A DNA stretch of 64,000 bases. Origin: Azolla caroliniana. Its lineage: Eukaryota; Plantae; Polypodiophyta. The DNA lies in NCBI GenBank assembly GCA_043228905.1, contig JBHGNT010000018.1, positions 16,182,001 to 16,246,000 of the forward strand. The letters are read 5' to 3'. Of this stretch, positions 27,896 through 41,229 are shown piece by piece; within the stretch, counting starts at the first letter, position 1; each line of letters begins with the position of its first letter. The position numbers were made by a program, and so were the translations under genes. The notes beneath the pieces are model-generated. The model searched no databases. It was not told where the DNA came from and saw only the letters and a list, made by a program, of their open reading frames with translations.

Positions 27896-28126
27896 CTTCA
27901 ATGTCAATGTCAATCCATGGTTTACTAAGAAACGTGAAAATTTCACGAGAGGTATCATTTAGATTACTCAATGTTATGATTAAGAAAAATGAGGGAAGTT
28001 AAATAAAAACACCTCTTCAATGTCAATGTCAATCAATGGTTTACTAAGAAACGCGAAAATTTCACGAGAGGTATCGTTTAGATTACTCAATGTTATGATT
28101 AAGAAAAATGAGGGAAGTTAAATAAA
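27896..28126. repeat. Tandem duplication, 119-bp period, 2 copies
   Basis: CTTCAATGTCAATGTCAATC..GGGAAGTTAAATAAA starts at 27896 and again at 28015, with few mismatches. Confidence 0.9.
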
Positions 28127-28942
28127 CTATAATAACAAAGCATGATTATAATTGAGTAGAGAAATTGACTAATTACATTGACAAGAATTAGAGGGAGAGA
28201 GCAAAATGTTTTATAGCTCTTGGAGAAATTTGATTATCACTTGTTCGTAGAACTCAATTCTCAGTACCCTATCTTGAAATTAAAGGCAAGTTTTGTCAGC
28301 TGACCTTGATCGGAAACAAACCAAAACTGTTCTATTTATCCTCATTCGAACTCTTCATTATTCAATAAGATCCAAGCTCGAAACTATATTTCTTTATACA
28401 TCGACGAAAGCTTAATCTTCATTCATCCATTCCATTAGAGCCTTTAATGGGGTAAGTTAGCTTGGTACTGTGTATGCGATCCGTGGCAAGGAGAATGTAA
28501 AGTCTACAACTGGACGATATTTGGTCATGAAAGAAAGCTATTTGACAGGTAATCTATAATGGCAAGAAGAAGAAGAAGAAGAAGAAGAAGAAGGCCATAG
28601 GGTGTGCAAAATGGCCGCCCACTGCTCGTTCTTGTCCCATAAATAATTGATTGTCGTTGGCTCTTGTCCCATAAACAGCCGTCTCTATCTGTGTTCGGTC
28701 AAGCCAAAGCCACTGCCACCACCATTGTCACTGCCACTGCCACTACCGCCAAACCAAACCAAGTTGAACCAAACCAAACCAAACCGAAAGCTCTCTATAC
28801 ATGTACATATACATATACAATGTTTTGCATATATGCTCTTAATTTCATCACCAGGGAAGCAAGAACCACTGCCACTGCCACTCTGTTGCCAAACCAAACC
28901 AAACCAAACCAAACCGAATTGAGAGCTCTCTATACATGTACA

Positions 28943-29912
28943 TACATATACGCATAGAACGTAATATTCATGTTCGTGCAAGCATTCCAACATTTGGAAA
29001 CGAACACGTTTGAAAGGGCAAAAATACGTGCTCCTTTTTTTTATCTTTTTTTTCATTTAACATTAGTACAATTTAGCTCACCTTAGTGGTAAGGAGTCAT
29101 GTTATTGTTGTCTATGTCTTGGGTTTGATTTCCAATTTTCTCATCTCTTTTTCTCTCTCTCATTAGTACCATGTCATAGCAAAGTTTTATGTTAGTGTTA
29201 TAATAGTTTTTTTCTTTTGTTTTTTTTTTTATTACAACTAAGCACAACCTAGTGGTAAGTTGATGTGCTACTATTACTTGTGTCTTGGGTTCAATGCCTA
29301 ACTGTCTCATATCCTCTTGTTAGTGTCATGGTCCTTTTTCTTCTTTTTCTTTCTTTCTTTGTTATTAGAAATTAGCTCACACGAGTGGTAAGTTGTTATG
29401 CTACTACTGCCTATGTCATGGCAAATTTTTATGTTAGTGTCATGTTCCTTTTTCTTTCTTTATTTCTTTCTTTGTTATTAGAAATTAGGTCACCCTAGTG
29501 GTAAGTTGTTATGCTAATACTGCCTATGTCATGTTTTCTTCATATTCTCGAATATACGTTTTATGAGTTATTGAACGTTTGATTATAATTTATAATGACA
29601 TATTTTGATTCAATCTCTATAGTTGATACTCTTTTTTTTTTTTAAGTTCTAAAGTGAGGATGATAGAGATGTCTTGATTCGCATCCCAAAAGTATGCATG
29701 TGATACAATGCACAATATTGCAACCATACTTATGTTGGTGGTTCACAATGGATTAGAGTCCACTTATTAGGATTGAGAGTGAATCAATATATAATATAGA
29801 CCCAAGTCAATTCAATCCAACTTTGAGATGATTTACCATACACGTTTGATTGAATCATTCTCGAATGCGAATACACGTATGCTACGTATGGTTCATTCTA
29901 TGCATATACGTA
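28943..29912. mobile_element. Putative ~970-bp TIR element (MITE-like) inserted upstream of ETFQO
   Basis: 17-bp imperfect inverted repeats at 28943-28959 and 29896-29912, in a TA-rich site. Removing it restores the second copy of the 28728-28865 unit. Confidence 0.55.
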
Positions 29913-29992
29913 TATACAATGTTTTTTGCATATGTATATGCTCTTAATTTGATGACCACGGAGGCAAGAAGGAGCAGGGAAGACAGAGGAGG

Positions 29993-32900
29993 ATGCACAG
30001 AAGATTCCTGCCGCTCCCTCAAATCCGTCGCTTCTGCGATCGGCTTCTTCTTCATCGCCATCATCCGCCGCCTTGGCGACCCCTTCACAGATTTGGGTCT
30101 TCCTCCTCTGTCGCATCGGAACCCCGAGACCGCATGGAATACGATGTCGTCATTGTCGGTGCCGGTCCCTCTGGCCTCTCTGCTGCCATCAGGCTCAAGC
30201 AGCTCTCGCTGCAGTCGGAGAAGGATATCTCTGTTTGCATCGTCGAGAAAGGTCCTGAAATAGGCGAGTTTCTGAATCCTCATCCATTTTAAAACCTAAA
30301 TCATCCGAATACAAATTCTGAAAAGACACAAATATGGCCTTATGCTGTAAATTTGAGTTGCCCCTGTAAAAAAGGTAATCTTGGGCCTTACTACTGTAGT
30401 TTTACAGGCGATATATGTATATGTATGTTTACTGCCAGAAAATATGGAATTCCAGGGGCCTTACTATTGACATTATTTTGGCGAAATATAAAAATATGAA
30501 CATTTGTGGGGCACTTTTTATTGTATTTTTACAGGCAATTTTGCTTGACAAACTAGCCTCATTTTTATCAGCGAAACTTATTGGGGTTTTTAGGTCTTAT
30601 AGTGTGGTTTTTACCAGCCAAAAATATGAACATTTGTCGTACTATAAAACACCTAAGGCCTGATATAGGTAACTTCTGATCGTGATATTACATAAATAAT
30701 CATATGGATAAATTGATCTTACAATGTGATTCTAGTGGCGAAAGGTATGTAAAACAGCATTTCAAAACTTGTCCGCCATATGTTTCTCTACATAAACTAG
30801 ATTTTGTGAAATTTATACACATTGTTGTGAAATTTGTTCATATAAAAAAAACAAATGCTGACAAAGATCTAGCCGAGAAACCATTTTGAATTGTTTGCAC
30901 GAGAGCCTCCGTTGCCTAGACTAGTAGGTATTATGATTGGCTAAGAGCAGGTGATTTTGTGAGCACTGATCATACATCTATTTCTATGTTAAAAATCAAG
31001 TTATAGCCCATTTCCTCTTATATTGTGTGTTCTTGTATTGCCACATCTTCAATAGATATGATTCAGGGGAAAGAATTTATTTTCCTGTAAGAAATTATCC
31101 AGAAGTACCACAAATTTATTGGAATTTTGTAGAATATTTTACATTTTTCTCGGATTTAGTCAATTTGCATTTTTCCCAATTGGGCTAATTTTCTTTCATA
31201 CATGCAATAATAGGAATTTAGCGGAAATACATCAAATCTAGTAGGAAGCTTGTATATGCTTGTCGGCAAATTGTCATGGATACAAACATATCCCAATCAG
31301 CTAGTTTCTTTTAATCTATGAAGTACTATAGAATACCACAACACTTTTAGAAATTTAGTAGAAACTTTACATATTTCTATTGGATTTTGATCCCTCCATA
31401 AATATTTCCGAATTTCAAGTTCACAAATTTGACTGTCATTTTTGTGAATCAGGGCAGGGTGCCTTTTCTCGCAAACCTTGATTAGATGTCCATTTAACAT
31501 TTTGTGAGATGTGTGTTAAATTTAGCATTAAGAATACATGCAGCTGATAATATATTCCAATTTGTGATCCTCAGGAGCTCATATTATATCTGGCAATGTT
31601 CTTGAAACAAGGGCTCTAGATGAGCTCCTCCCTAATTGGAAAGAACAAGGGGTAAATATGATTATATGTCTTGCATTGTTTGTTCAAGAACAATGGAGTC
31701 TTCAAATTCTCCAACTTATTTTGAGCAATGGAGTGTTTAATTTGAAGACAATTAATTCATTGCAGGCTCCTGTAACTGTGCCAGTTTCCAAGGACAAGTT
31801 CTTATGGCTTACTGAGAATCATGCTATACCATTACCATCCCCCTTTCAGAACCATGGGAATTTTGTAATAAGGTGGCATGTGCTATTCACATTTTGGCAA
31901 CTGAATCTGCATAGAGATTGATGTAAAGCAATCATGATAAAACTAAATTATGTACTCAACCACATCAATATTAATTATATAGTTTGAGCGAGCTTGTTCG
32001 ATGGCTTGGAAAAAAAGCGGAAGATCTGGGGGTTGAGATTTATCCAGGTTTTGCTGCAAGTGAGGTAGTCAGGAGCTGAAATTCTGCTACCTGGGAATAT
32101 TCTATAACATTTTCTTATAGCTTCAACTGAATCTTTTAACTTTATGAGTGACAATAGGTCATTTCTACTTCTCAACTGATCTACTGATAAATTTGTTGGA
32201 TTTATCGCAAGGATATCAAATAATTTAGTTTGGTTATAGGTGCTTTATGATGAACAAGGAGAAAAAGTAGTGGGAATAGCAACCAATGACATGGGCGTCT
32301 CCAAAACTGGTCAGAGAAAGTCAACATTTCAGCGTGGAGTTGAGCTGAGAGGTTTAATATATGTTTCCATTGATAGATTTATGAGTTCTCTTTCATGTTT
32401 TGTTTGAAAATAAGTCTGTAATTACGAAATCTTATTAGATACTTTGTCAACATTGAGATCTATGCCTGGCTTCTCAAAAACTATGGCCATGTCCAGACCC
32501 AGCAGAGGTTCTAGTCAAATGTCAGTCCAGTGCATAAGAATTAGGAAAGCTATTACACAACAAGGCCGCTTCTGCCAATGTTTTATAAAAAAGTAAAGGA
32601 GTTCTTTTGGGAATGGTTTGTTTCAATACAATAGGCTTCCCTCTGTTAAATGTCTTCACTTCTAGGGTATTAAAGGCCTTAGGATCCTGGACTTTCCCAC
32701 AACAAATTGTGACTCAGTACGAGGTAGAAGCATTATCTCTATCTTGCATCCATGCATAATTTTGTTATTTTCTTTGAGGTTTAGCTATACAAAACTTGGA
32801 TGATGGACTCGATACTCAGACTAACTTCAGACTTTTGAAATGTTTATTATGCTTCTACACGTGAGCAGTATCTATTATGTTGTTTACCGAAGCCTGATGT

Positions 32901-35900
32901 GAGTAATGTGCATGGCAGCATTGTCATACATATTTTTGCCTCTGCATCTATGTTTCTTCATCTGTAGATTGAACAATGGTATTTTTATGGAAACAGGACG
33001 GCTTACATTTTTTGGAGAAGGTTGTCGTGGTTCCCTGTCTCAGGTGATTCTATTTTATGGTTAGGACAAATGTATTTTCAGGGAAATGGGGCCCATTAAA
33101 TTTAGTTTTCAACATCTTCAGACAATTATGAAGAAATTTTGTTTGCGGGAGATGGCAGGTGCCCAGCATCAAACATATGCTTTGGGAGTGAAAGAAGTAT
33201 GTTTCAATATCATTGTTAGTAGCATTAAACGCATGCAGTATTTCTAATATAGTAGCGTGATCAAAAGTTGTTAATGCTTACATTCAGGTATGGGAAGTAG
33301 AAAGAAAGAAACATCAACCTGGCATTGTTCTTCACACAATTGGATGGCCTCTAGACACCAAGACATATGGTGGATCATTTCTCTATCACATGGATAATTG
33401 TAAGGCAAGTTACTATGTACAATGGATCATTTGTATGGTCATAAATGGTCTTTACTTGTTGAATTGTAGGACTGTGCAGCATATATCTCTGCTTGTATGG
33501 CATATGAATGTTATGTGAAAAACTACATGAGGTTGAATCTACCATTAGAAAAATCTGTTTTACAAGGGGTTCTTCCTCCAAAATATCATCAAAAAGATAA
33601 AATAAGCTATACAATAATCTTAGTGTAAGACTGGTCAAGAGATTATAAGTTACACAGGCTTTTGATTACAAACATTTTCTGGGTTGGTTTGGAGAAGACA
33701 CCTGGGTTTTCTTTTTTCTAGCTGTATATGACCATGGATGTTCATGATAGTGTTATGAAGAGTATATGCATGATATCTATGCTTTTTCTTTACAGGTCGC
33801 TGTAGGACTAGTTGTGGCTCTTGATTACAAAAATCCCTATTTAAATATCTATGAGGAGTTTCAGGTACCTGTTTTCAAAAAAATATCCTGTGCATGTGTG
33901 CCTGCATGCTGTGACTAATGCAGTGTAGTTAATGATTCCAGAGATTCAAGATGCATCCTTCAATAAAGTCTCTTTTTGAAGGTGGTACTGTTATTCAATA
34001 TGGTGCACGCACTCTGAATGAGGGTGGATACCAGGTATATATATTATATTGCTGTGGTGAAATATGCTGCTGTTATTGTTTTTCTAATTTAAAATAACTA
34101 GTCATTTCTTTCAGTCAATACCCAAGCCCATTTTTCCAGGGGGTGCTCTTATAGGATGCTCTGCAGGATTTCTTAATGTGCCGAAAATCAAAGGCACACA
34201 TACTGCAATGAAGTCAGGTTTACTGCATCCTAATAATCTATAAAAATATTGATGTTGCTTGCAATGACTGATATATTAATATCCCCCCCAAATAATAATC
34301 ATCAATGATTCTACAGTCTCAGATTATCATTAAATCAATTCAGAGTCTAAACAAATTTCTGGGCTAATAATAAGTGACGGCTTATATAAAGAATATGGCT
34401 TCAGTTCTAACCTAAAATCAACTGATTCTACCCTTATTTATCCAAATCAATCTTCTAATTTAACCTCCAAAATTCATGAATACTTTCAATAAAAGTATCC
34501 TTTTTAATAAGTGGCATCAAAGTCATCATTTGGTTTGGGAATATATATGTACAAAGTGCTATGTGTCATTCATCAAGTTGTAATTAATTTATCATATGTC
34601 ATATGTGCATGATAATTTACCAAGTTTTATTATAGTGGTGCAGGAATGCTTGCAGCAGAGGCAGCATTCACAACGCTTATTGACAGTACAGATACTGAGC
34701 CAAGTATGGAAGAATACTGGACAGGTTTAAAGAAGTCATGGGTTTGGGAAGAGTTATATCAAGCAAGGAATTTTCGTCCGGTGAGAACATAAAACATACT
34801 CTCATAACAGAGAGCCTAACAACTATTAAAGCCTTTCTTTAATCACAAGTTCTTTGCCCTTGGTTTTGACTCTACTCTTTCCACCGATCAGGTGCTCCAC
34901 TTAAATACAGTACCCATGTATGTATATACCAATGCTTGCATGATTGTGCTCTAAATTTCCTACTCTTTAGAAATTAGAATGTTGGCCTCAAATTTATGAA
35001 GCCAAGCTTACATCTTTACAGCCTTTACATGGTTAAGTTATGAATATTTTGTCATATTTCTTGTTGAGTGTCGAAAAGGGGGTGAAAAAGCTTCCAAGAA
35101 AAACTTCCATTCACATATCTGTGAGAGCCTCAATGCACACAATTATATACCTTTTCTGATTGTAGGTACTGGAAAGTTTAATGATTCAAATGCTTCATGA
35201 TTGTGCTAGTTGGAATCGTGTTTGTCCTAAGCATATCTTATAAATGATGTGGAATATAAACATTGTTTCCATTATTCTTCCATGAGCTTTGTTGAAACTA
35301 TAACTTTTCGTCCCACAGCCTCTAGAGACAAACAAGGGCAGCACAGAAATATTTCCATTGACAGTAAATCAAATGAACTTGCAAACTTATCCTTTTCTGA
35401 GCTCTTTCTCATGTTATTTATTTATGTATTTTCCCCGTTATTTATTCTCTCTTTTAATCTTCTGTGTATATATTCGTACATATTATGCAATATTGGTGAT
35501 GTTCAATTATTCTGATTTCCTTCAGTTCCACTTCTTGTTTTTCATCGAGAATATATTTGCTTTTATTCCTTTTGTTAGGGGTCTATATACACAACTCCTT
35601 GTATTATTATCTCCTTCTCATCTCGTTAACTTTCTATCCCAAATGTTCTGGTGCGATACAGCTTTATATGCCAAGTTTCTGTTTTTTCCTCAATTTTTTC
35701 CATAGAGAGGGCTTTTGTGCTAAGATTTTATTTCAAGCTTAGTTACTATTATTGTCTCCATCTATGTGGGTTTCTAATATTTGGAGTGATGTGCCTCCCT
35801 TGTAAGTGTGCAGACAAGCTACCAGCATTTCATGATTTATTTTGCTTTTGTAGGTATGAAACATTATATGAAATCATGTTCCCAACTTCTCTTGGTCTCA

Positions 35901-38325
35901 TACACCTCTTTGGGCATCTGTGTGAAAAGTAACAACACAGATGGATATGTTTTGTTGTTCTGCCATAAGAATCTCTTTTGCTGGAAGTATTTTAATCAAA
36001 ATTGATGTTGGTAAACATTTTAGAGGAATTAAAACAAAGATTATGGCATAAATTTTCTGAATTGTCTGATTGGGCAGATTTTATACTGATTGATATGATA
36101 TCCTTGTTCAAGAGAGGACTCTAATCATTAAGTCTCTTTTTCTGTAGGCTTTTAAACATGGAATTTTATCAGGGCTAGCTGTTTCTGCAGTAGAACGGTA
36201 AGTATCTGAGAAGAAAACAAATGTGGTTGGTACGCTGTTATGCTATTAGAACTGAACTTATATGAATAGTGATCACTGTTGCTCTCCATGATCATATCTT
36301 CTATTGGTAGTCAACATTAGTAAGCTAATACCAAGGACTGAATTACTGGAAATAAGAAACAATTCCAGAGTCTCACCCTCCCCCCTCTTCCATTTTATGC
36401 AATTGTATAACAGAATTTGTCTCTGGTTCATTTGTTTGGCAAACGTTTTTCTTCTTTTGCAGATATATCACTCGGGGGAGGCTTCCTTGGACATTGAAGC
36501 ATGGAAAACCTGACCATGAAGCGACAGAATTTGCAGACCGTCATAAAGAGATAAAATATCCTAAGCCTGATGGGAATATCTCTTTTGACTTGCCAACGTC
36601 ATTGTACAGGTTGTTCAACTTCCCTTGCTAACATGAATATTAACTCTCGTAGAGCCCTAACGATCCGTCGCACTCGATCACACGACCTAGGTATTAAAGT
36701 TGCATTATGGAATCAAAATCAGCCAAATATAAAGACATGTAAGGTATGCAAGGGCTAGTAGAGGATGAATATCACTTGCTTTTTACATGCTCTTCGTGCA
36801 AGCTATGATGATATATTAAGAGGGGGTGTTTTTTTATGACTTGAGTATCACACTAAAGAGAACACCTAGAAGGTTGAGCTCATATGTATATGCCTTATTC
36901 ACACATCGAGACTTGGTGCTTCAAAGTATGAATATCCCTTCTTAGGAAGGAGACACACATCAAGATAACTTTTGTACCTAGGTCCTATGAGTCAATATTG
37001 GCCACTCTATGGACGCTAAAAAATATCTATCCCACAACATTCTCAAGTTTAATTCACTTCTTGTAAACTAATAATTTACAAGTATACCTTTTCACTATTG
37101 GTTGTCTTAACACCAGGAGTAATACGAATCATGATCATGACCAACCAGTACATCTACGTTTGCGGGATCCAAGTATTCCTGAACATTTAAATGCTCCCAA
37201 GTTTGCGGGTCTGGAGTCACGCTACTGTCCTGGAAGAGTCTATGAGTAAGTAACATTCACCCAGAGTATTCAGATTTTTTCCCACATTATCTCTTTATGG
37301 ATGAAATTGCATACTTGTGAATGATGTGGATTATTTCAGTAAGAATGCGTTGTAATCTAATATCATGCTTGCGATCCAAAGAACTGCCTCATTATAATAG
37401 TTAAATCATTTCAAGGATTTGAGAAGTAGATTCAAATGAAAATATGCTTTATCCAGAATGGGATGCCATCATGGCCCAAGAGTAAGTTAAGATTCATGCA
37501 TAAGCAGACAGGTCTTCTCGAATGCAATGAATGAGAGTTTGTAAAAGATTTTACCCCTGCATGCTACAATCCTAATAGTGCAGCCCATTGTGATCCCCTT
37601 AATGAGGAGGTGACGATTGTCTGAGCTGACTGTACTGAGCCTTCATTAAGAGTTGTCATGTATGGATTGTACTATGCACAGTTATACAGGTCACAGAACA
37701 TTTACAAATATAATGTGACATACAGTACACATATCAAGACCATTCTCTCTACCAAGCCCTGTGACTACATTAGTTGATGAGGATTTATGAGACATCTGTA
37801 CACAAAACCCAATACACCAAATCAATACAATTCCCTTTGGGGGGAGTACTTCTGTAAATGCAAGCATAATTTAAAACCTAGGTTTTGATTGTTTTAAGAT
37901 TTTAATGTAGGAGAAGAATTCAAATCTTTTTTGTCTTCGTGCAATGCTTAAAAATCTCATTATTGGGAGAAAGAGAGATGATGATGGTGATGATGATATA
38001 TAAATGTTCACTAGAGAGGGCACTTACTTATTTTAGGTATGTTGCAACTGATGGTGGAAAACCAACACTGCAAATTAATGCTCAGAATTGTCTCCATTGT
38101 AAGGTTGGTTTGGTTACAACAATTCTCTTCTCGATGCTTTTTTCTTAATTTCTTCTTTACTGGTTAGGTCAAATGTTTTTCATTATTTCTATTCAGAAAT
38201 CAAGTTTGTTTCACAAAGAACTTTTTCTTTTCCACGAATAGGCATGCGACATCAAAGATCCTTCTCAAAACATACAGTGGACTGTGCCTGAGGGAGGTGG
38301 AGGCCCTGGATACTCAGTGATGTAG
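29993..38325 (+). CDS. ETFQO: Electron transfer flavoprotein-ubiquinone oxidoreductase, mitochondrial (~588 aa)
   Basis: 17 exons: 29993-30263, 31575-31651, 31766-31872, 31983-32064, 32240-32351, 32997-33043, 33122-33196, 33288-33404, 33796-33864, 33942-34034, 34115-34217, 34644-34780, 36148-36197, 36463-36609, 37117-37245, 38037-38103, 38242-38325 (1767 nt, in frame). Arg-rich transit peptide, FAD motif [44 protein letters not shown], 4Fe-4S motifs YCPGRVYE and NCLHCKACDIKDP, C-terminal PEGGGGPGY. Confidence 0.96.
36640..37030 (+). mobile_element. 3'-terminal fragment of an RTE-like LINE in ETFQO intron 14
   Basis: Translates (with a frameshift) to [38 protein letters not shown], resembling the C-terminal Cys/His domain of non-LTR ORF2. 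Confidence 0.6.
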
Positions 38326-39214
38326 CTGGTCATCTTAAATAGTCTCTGGAGTTACTCTTTGATAGTGAAAGCAGTACTAATTTTTGTTGAGTAACAATGA
38401 GTAGGAGATCCAATAATAATATACATATCTTATTTCACAAGAAAACTTTAGGTTAGTCTTGTAAATATAATAGCACGACGTTAATTGTGAAAAAATGGCA
38501 AAGGGCGTTTATGTATACGGTATGCCCTTATTTGATGCTCTGGCATATGTAACACAGATACCAGAGCAAAGATTATCCATGAATTTATGTGGGTGATATT
38601 TTTACTAATTTGTATGTTTTACAAATTGTTCCTCTTCTTTGTTTCAAAATTTTTTAAGGTATTGGAAAAAAAAATGCTATCTATTATGTACATTATTGCA
38701 ATGTTCAGTTATATATAGCATGGTAACTCTGTTTGGAAATTTTCTTATTGCTCATAGGTAATGTCAAGTTCTAGTCTTCCACTTACGCAAAGTCTAGAGA
38801 TGCCTATTGGGTGTCTTCCACTTCAATGGAGATTCCATTGTGCTGAATGTTTATTTTGTGTGCGTGTGGGTGGGTATATCATGTGTATGTGGGCGTGCGT
38901 GCATGTATGCATGTGTGTGCTCACGTGTGCACTTTTGCAACAAGAGACAATGGTCTTTATTTGTTGATGATAATGGTGGTGATATTGTGGTCCATGAGCT
39001 AGGGTCTACATGCACAATAATTTTCTATTGCCTTATCTATTGTAACCCCTTTCCAATGTCTACTACTCGTGACCCACTTTGTGTAGCCTTATATTGACTT
39101 GGTACATGAGTAATGGGGTTAAAGAAGGTTACAATTGTTCTTTGTTGATGAGCTTGTGTAGTTATATTGTTGCCTTTTAACTTCTCCCTATGTGTCTTGA
39201 GTTCTAGCAAGACT

Positions 39215-39802
39215 TAGGGATCGGCAATGGCTCGGTTCAAGCCTAAACGGTTTGGCTTAGCCGGCTTAAAAACGGCTTAGTGTTTCAGCTTGGCTTGAGC
39301 CTCGCCAAACCGGCTCAAGCCGGCTAAACCGTTTAAGCCGTTTATAAACTTTAGAGAGAGGGGGAGAGAGACAACAGACAAGGGGAAAGAGAGAGAGAGA
39401 GAGAGAGAGAGGGAGACTAAACAGACGATGGGAGAGAGAGAGTGAGCCGTTTATAAACTTTAGAGAGAGGGGGAGAGAGACAACAGACAAGGGGAAAGAG
39501 AGAGAGAGAGAGTGTGAGGGAGACTAAACAGACGATGGGAGAGAGAGAGTGAGCCGTTTATAAACTTTAGAGAGAGGGGGAGAGAGACAAGAGACAAGGG
39601 GAAAGAGAGAGAGAGAGAGAGTGAGGGAGACTAAACAGACGATGGGAGAGAGAGAGTGAGTGAGGGAGAACTACACAGACGAGGAGAGAGACTACATAGA
39701 GGGGGGGAGAGAGAGAGAGGGAGAGAGTCGAGACCATAGACGTGAGAGAGAGTGGGAGGGAGAGCTTGTACAATGTATACTATATAGTATATAGTGGATC
39801 AT

Positions 39803-39854
<52 letters not shown>

Positions 39855-40005
39855 GTTTCTAAACCGGTTTCCAAGCCATTTACCAAACCGGTTTGTGAAC
39901 CGACTCGGCTCAAGTTTGAGATCCCGTAAACGGTTTAGGCTTAGCCGGTTTGGCTTGGATCAAGCCAAACCGGCTAAGCCTAAACTGAACCGTTGCCAAT
40001 CCCTA
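39215..40005. mobile_element. Non-autonomous hAT-type MITE (791 bp) with internal ~108-bp triplication
   Basis: TIRs TAGGGATCGGCAATGGCTCGGTT / AACTGAACCGTTGCCAATCCCTA. 8-bp TSD GCAAGACT (39207-39214)/GCAAGACC (40006-40013). Internal units start at 39336, 39445 and 39552. Confidence 0.92.
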
Positions 40006-40805
40006 GCAAGACCAACCTAAGGCACCATTGGTCCTCATGTTCCATTACTTTGCATAGTGGTCAAACCCTAGCTTAAAGAGGCAATTGTATCCCTCTATTT
40101 TGTCATGTCCTTAATCACACAATTGGTAAATTCTTTGAACTAGTGGTATGCATGCATATCTACCAACCTCAAGCTCCAATTGATATGAAGAGTTCTGCAA
40201 TGCATAGGATGAATGTATGTCCATATAACAAGTCTTGACGATGAATCCATCCTATGATGTATGTAAAAGTGTGCCTAATAGTGTGCCCTTTTCCCACCTA
40301 ATGATGTTGTGGTGTTGATCAATGTTCTTCTCTTACCCAAGTTAATAGTATAAGTTCGGATCACTCTATTCTTTTAGCTTTGGTCATCCTTAGATGGGAA
40401 AATGAAATCCTGTAGTAGTGCATTTATATGTTTATACCATGTGACACAAACCATTGTTATGTTTCAACATACTAACATTGATAATCTCCATGTTGAACAT
40501 GTTTTGATAACATAAATCCCATCCTTGATTACTTGCATTTAGGGAGATTCCAATGTCGTTGGATATCGGCCAATGATCAAAAGAATACTTTTGTGATTAT
40601 TTGGGCTAATCCTATCTCCCCCAGATTATTTCATGGACAATAAAGCATTTATTCTAATTTATGGGGCACTGGTGCTATGCTCAAGTTACCATACGGGCAA
40701 TCATAGAGACTAAAAGCCTCTTTGAATCTTTTATAGTTATTTGTCTTAGTAAGGCTCAATCCCCAAGTTCCTACTCCATAGAGAGGGGTCACTATGACAA
40801 GTGTG

Positions 40806-40838
<33 letters not shown>

Positions 40839-41229
40839 TTCTTTGGAGGTCAAATTACATTTCATGTAATACATATGAAAGTAAGTAGCGACTCTCAATG
40901 TTCAAGAAATTTACCAATGAATGTTGCAATCGAGAGTGCACATTGTGGTTTTTAGAGAAATTCATGCAAGGATTGGGCTTGGTTGAAGATCTGTGGAAAG
41001 CATGATCGAATATGATCAAAGGTAGAGGATTGTATCAAAGTGTGATACTCAGACTCTCGAACTTGTTTGGGGCAAAGTGAACATAGTCGACTGATCTCAT
41101 CACTTGTGGCCCAATGCCCCATCTCACACCGCAATGCATGTGAGTTAAGTCACATGGAAGCAATGGTTCGAATGGTAGACAACGGGATGGGCTCTAACAT
41201 GTATCGATGTGTGTGGTTTCCCTGTTTCG

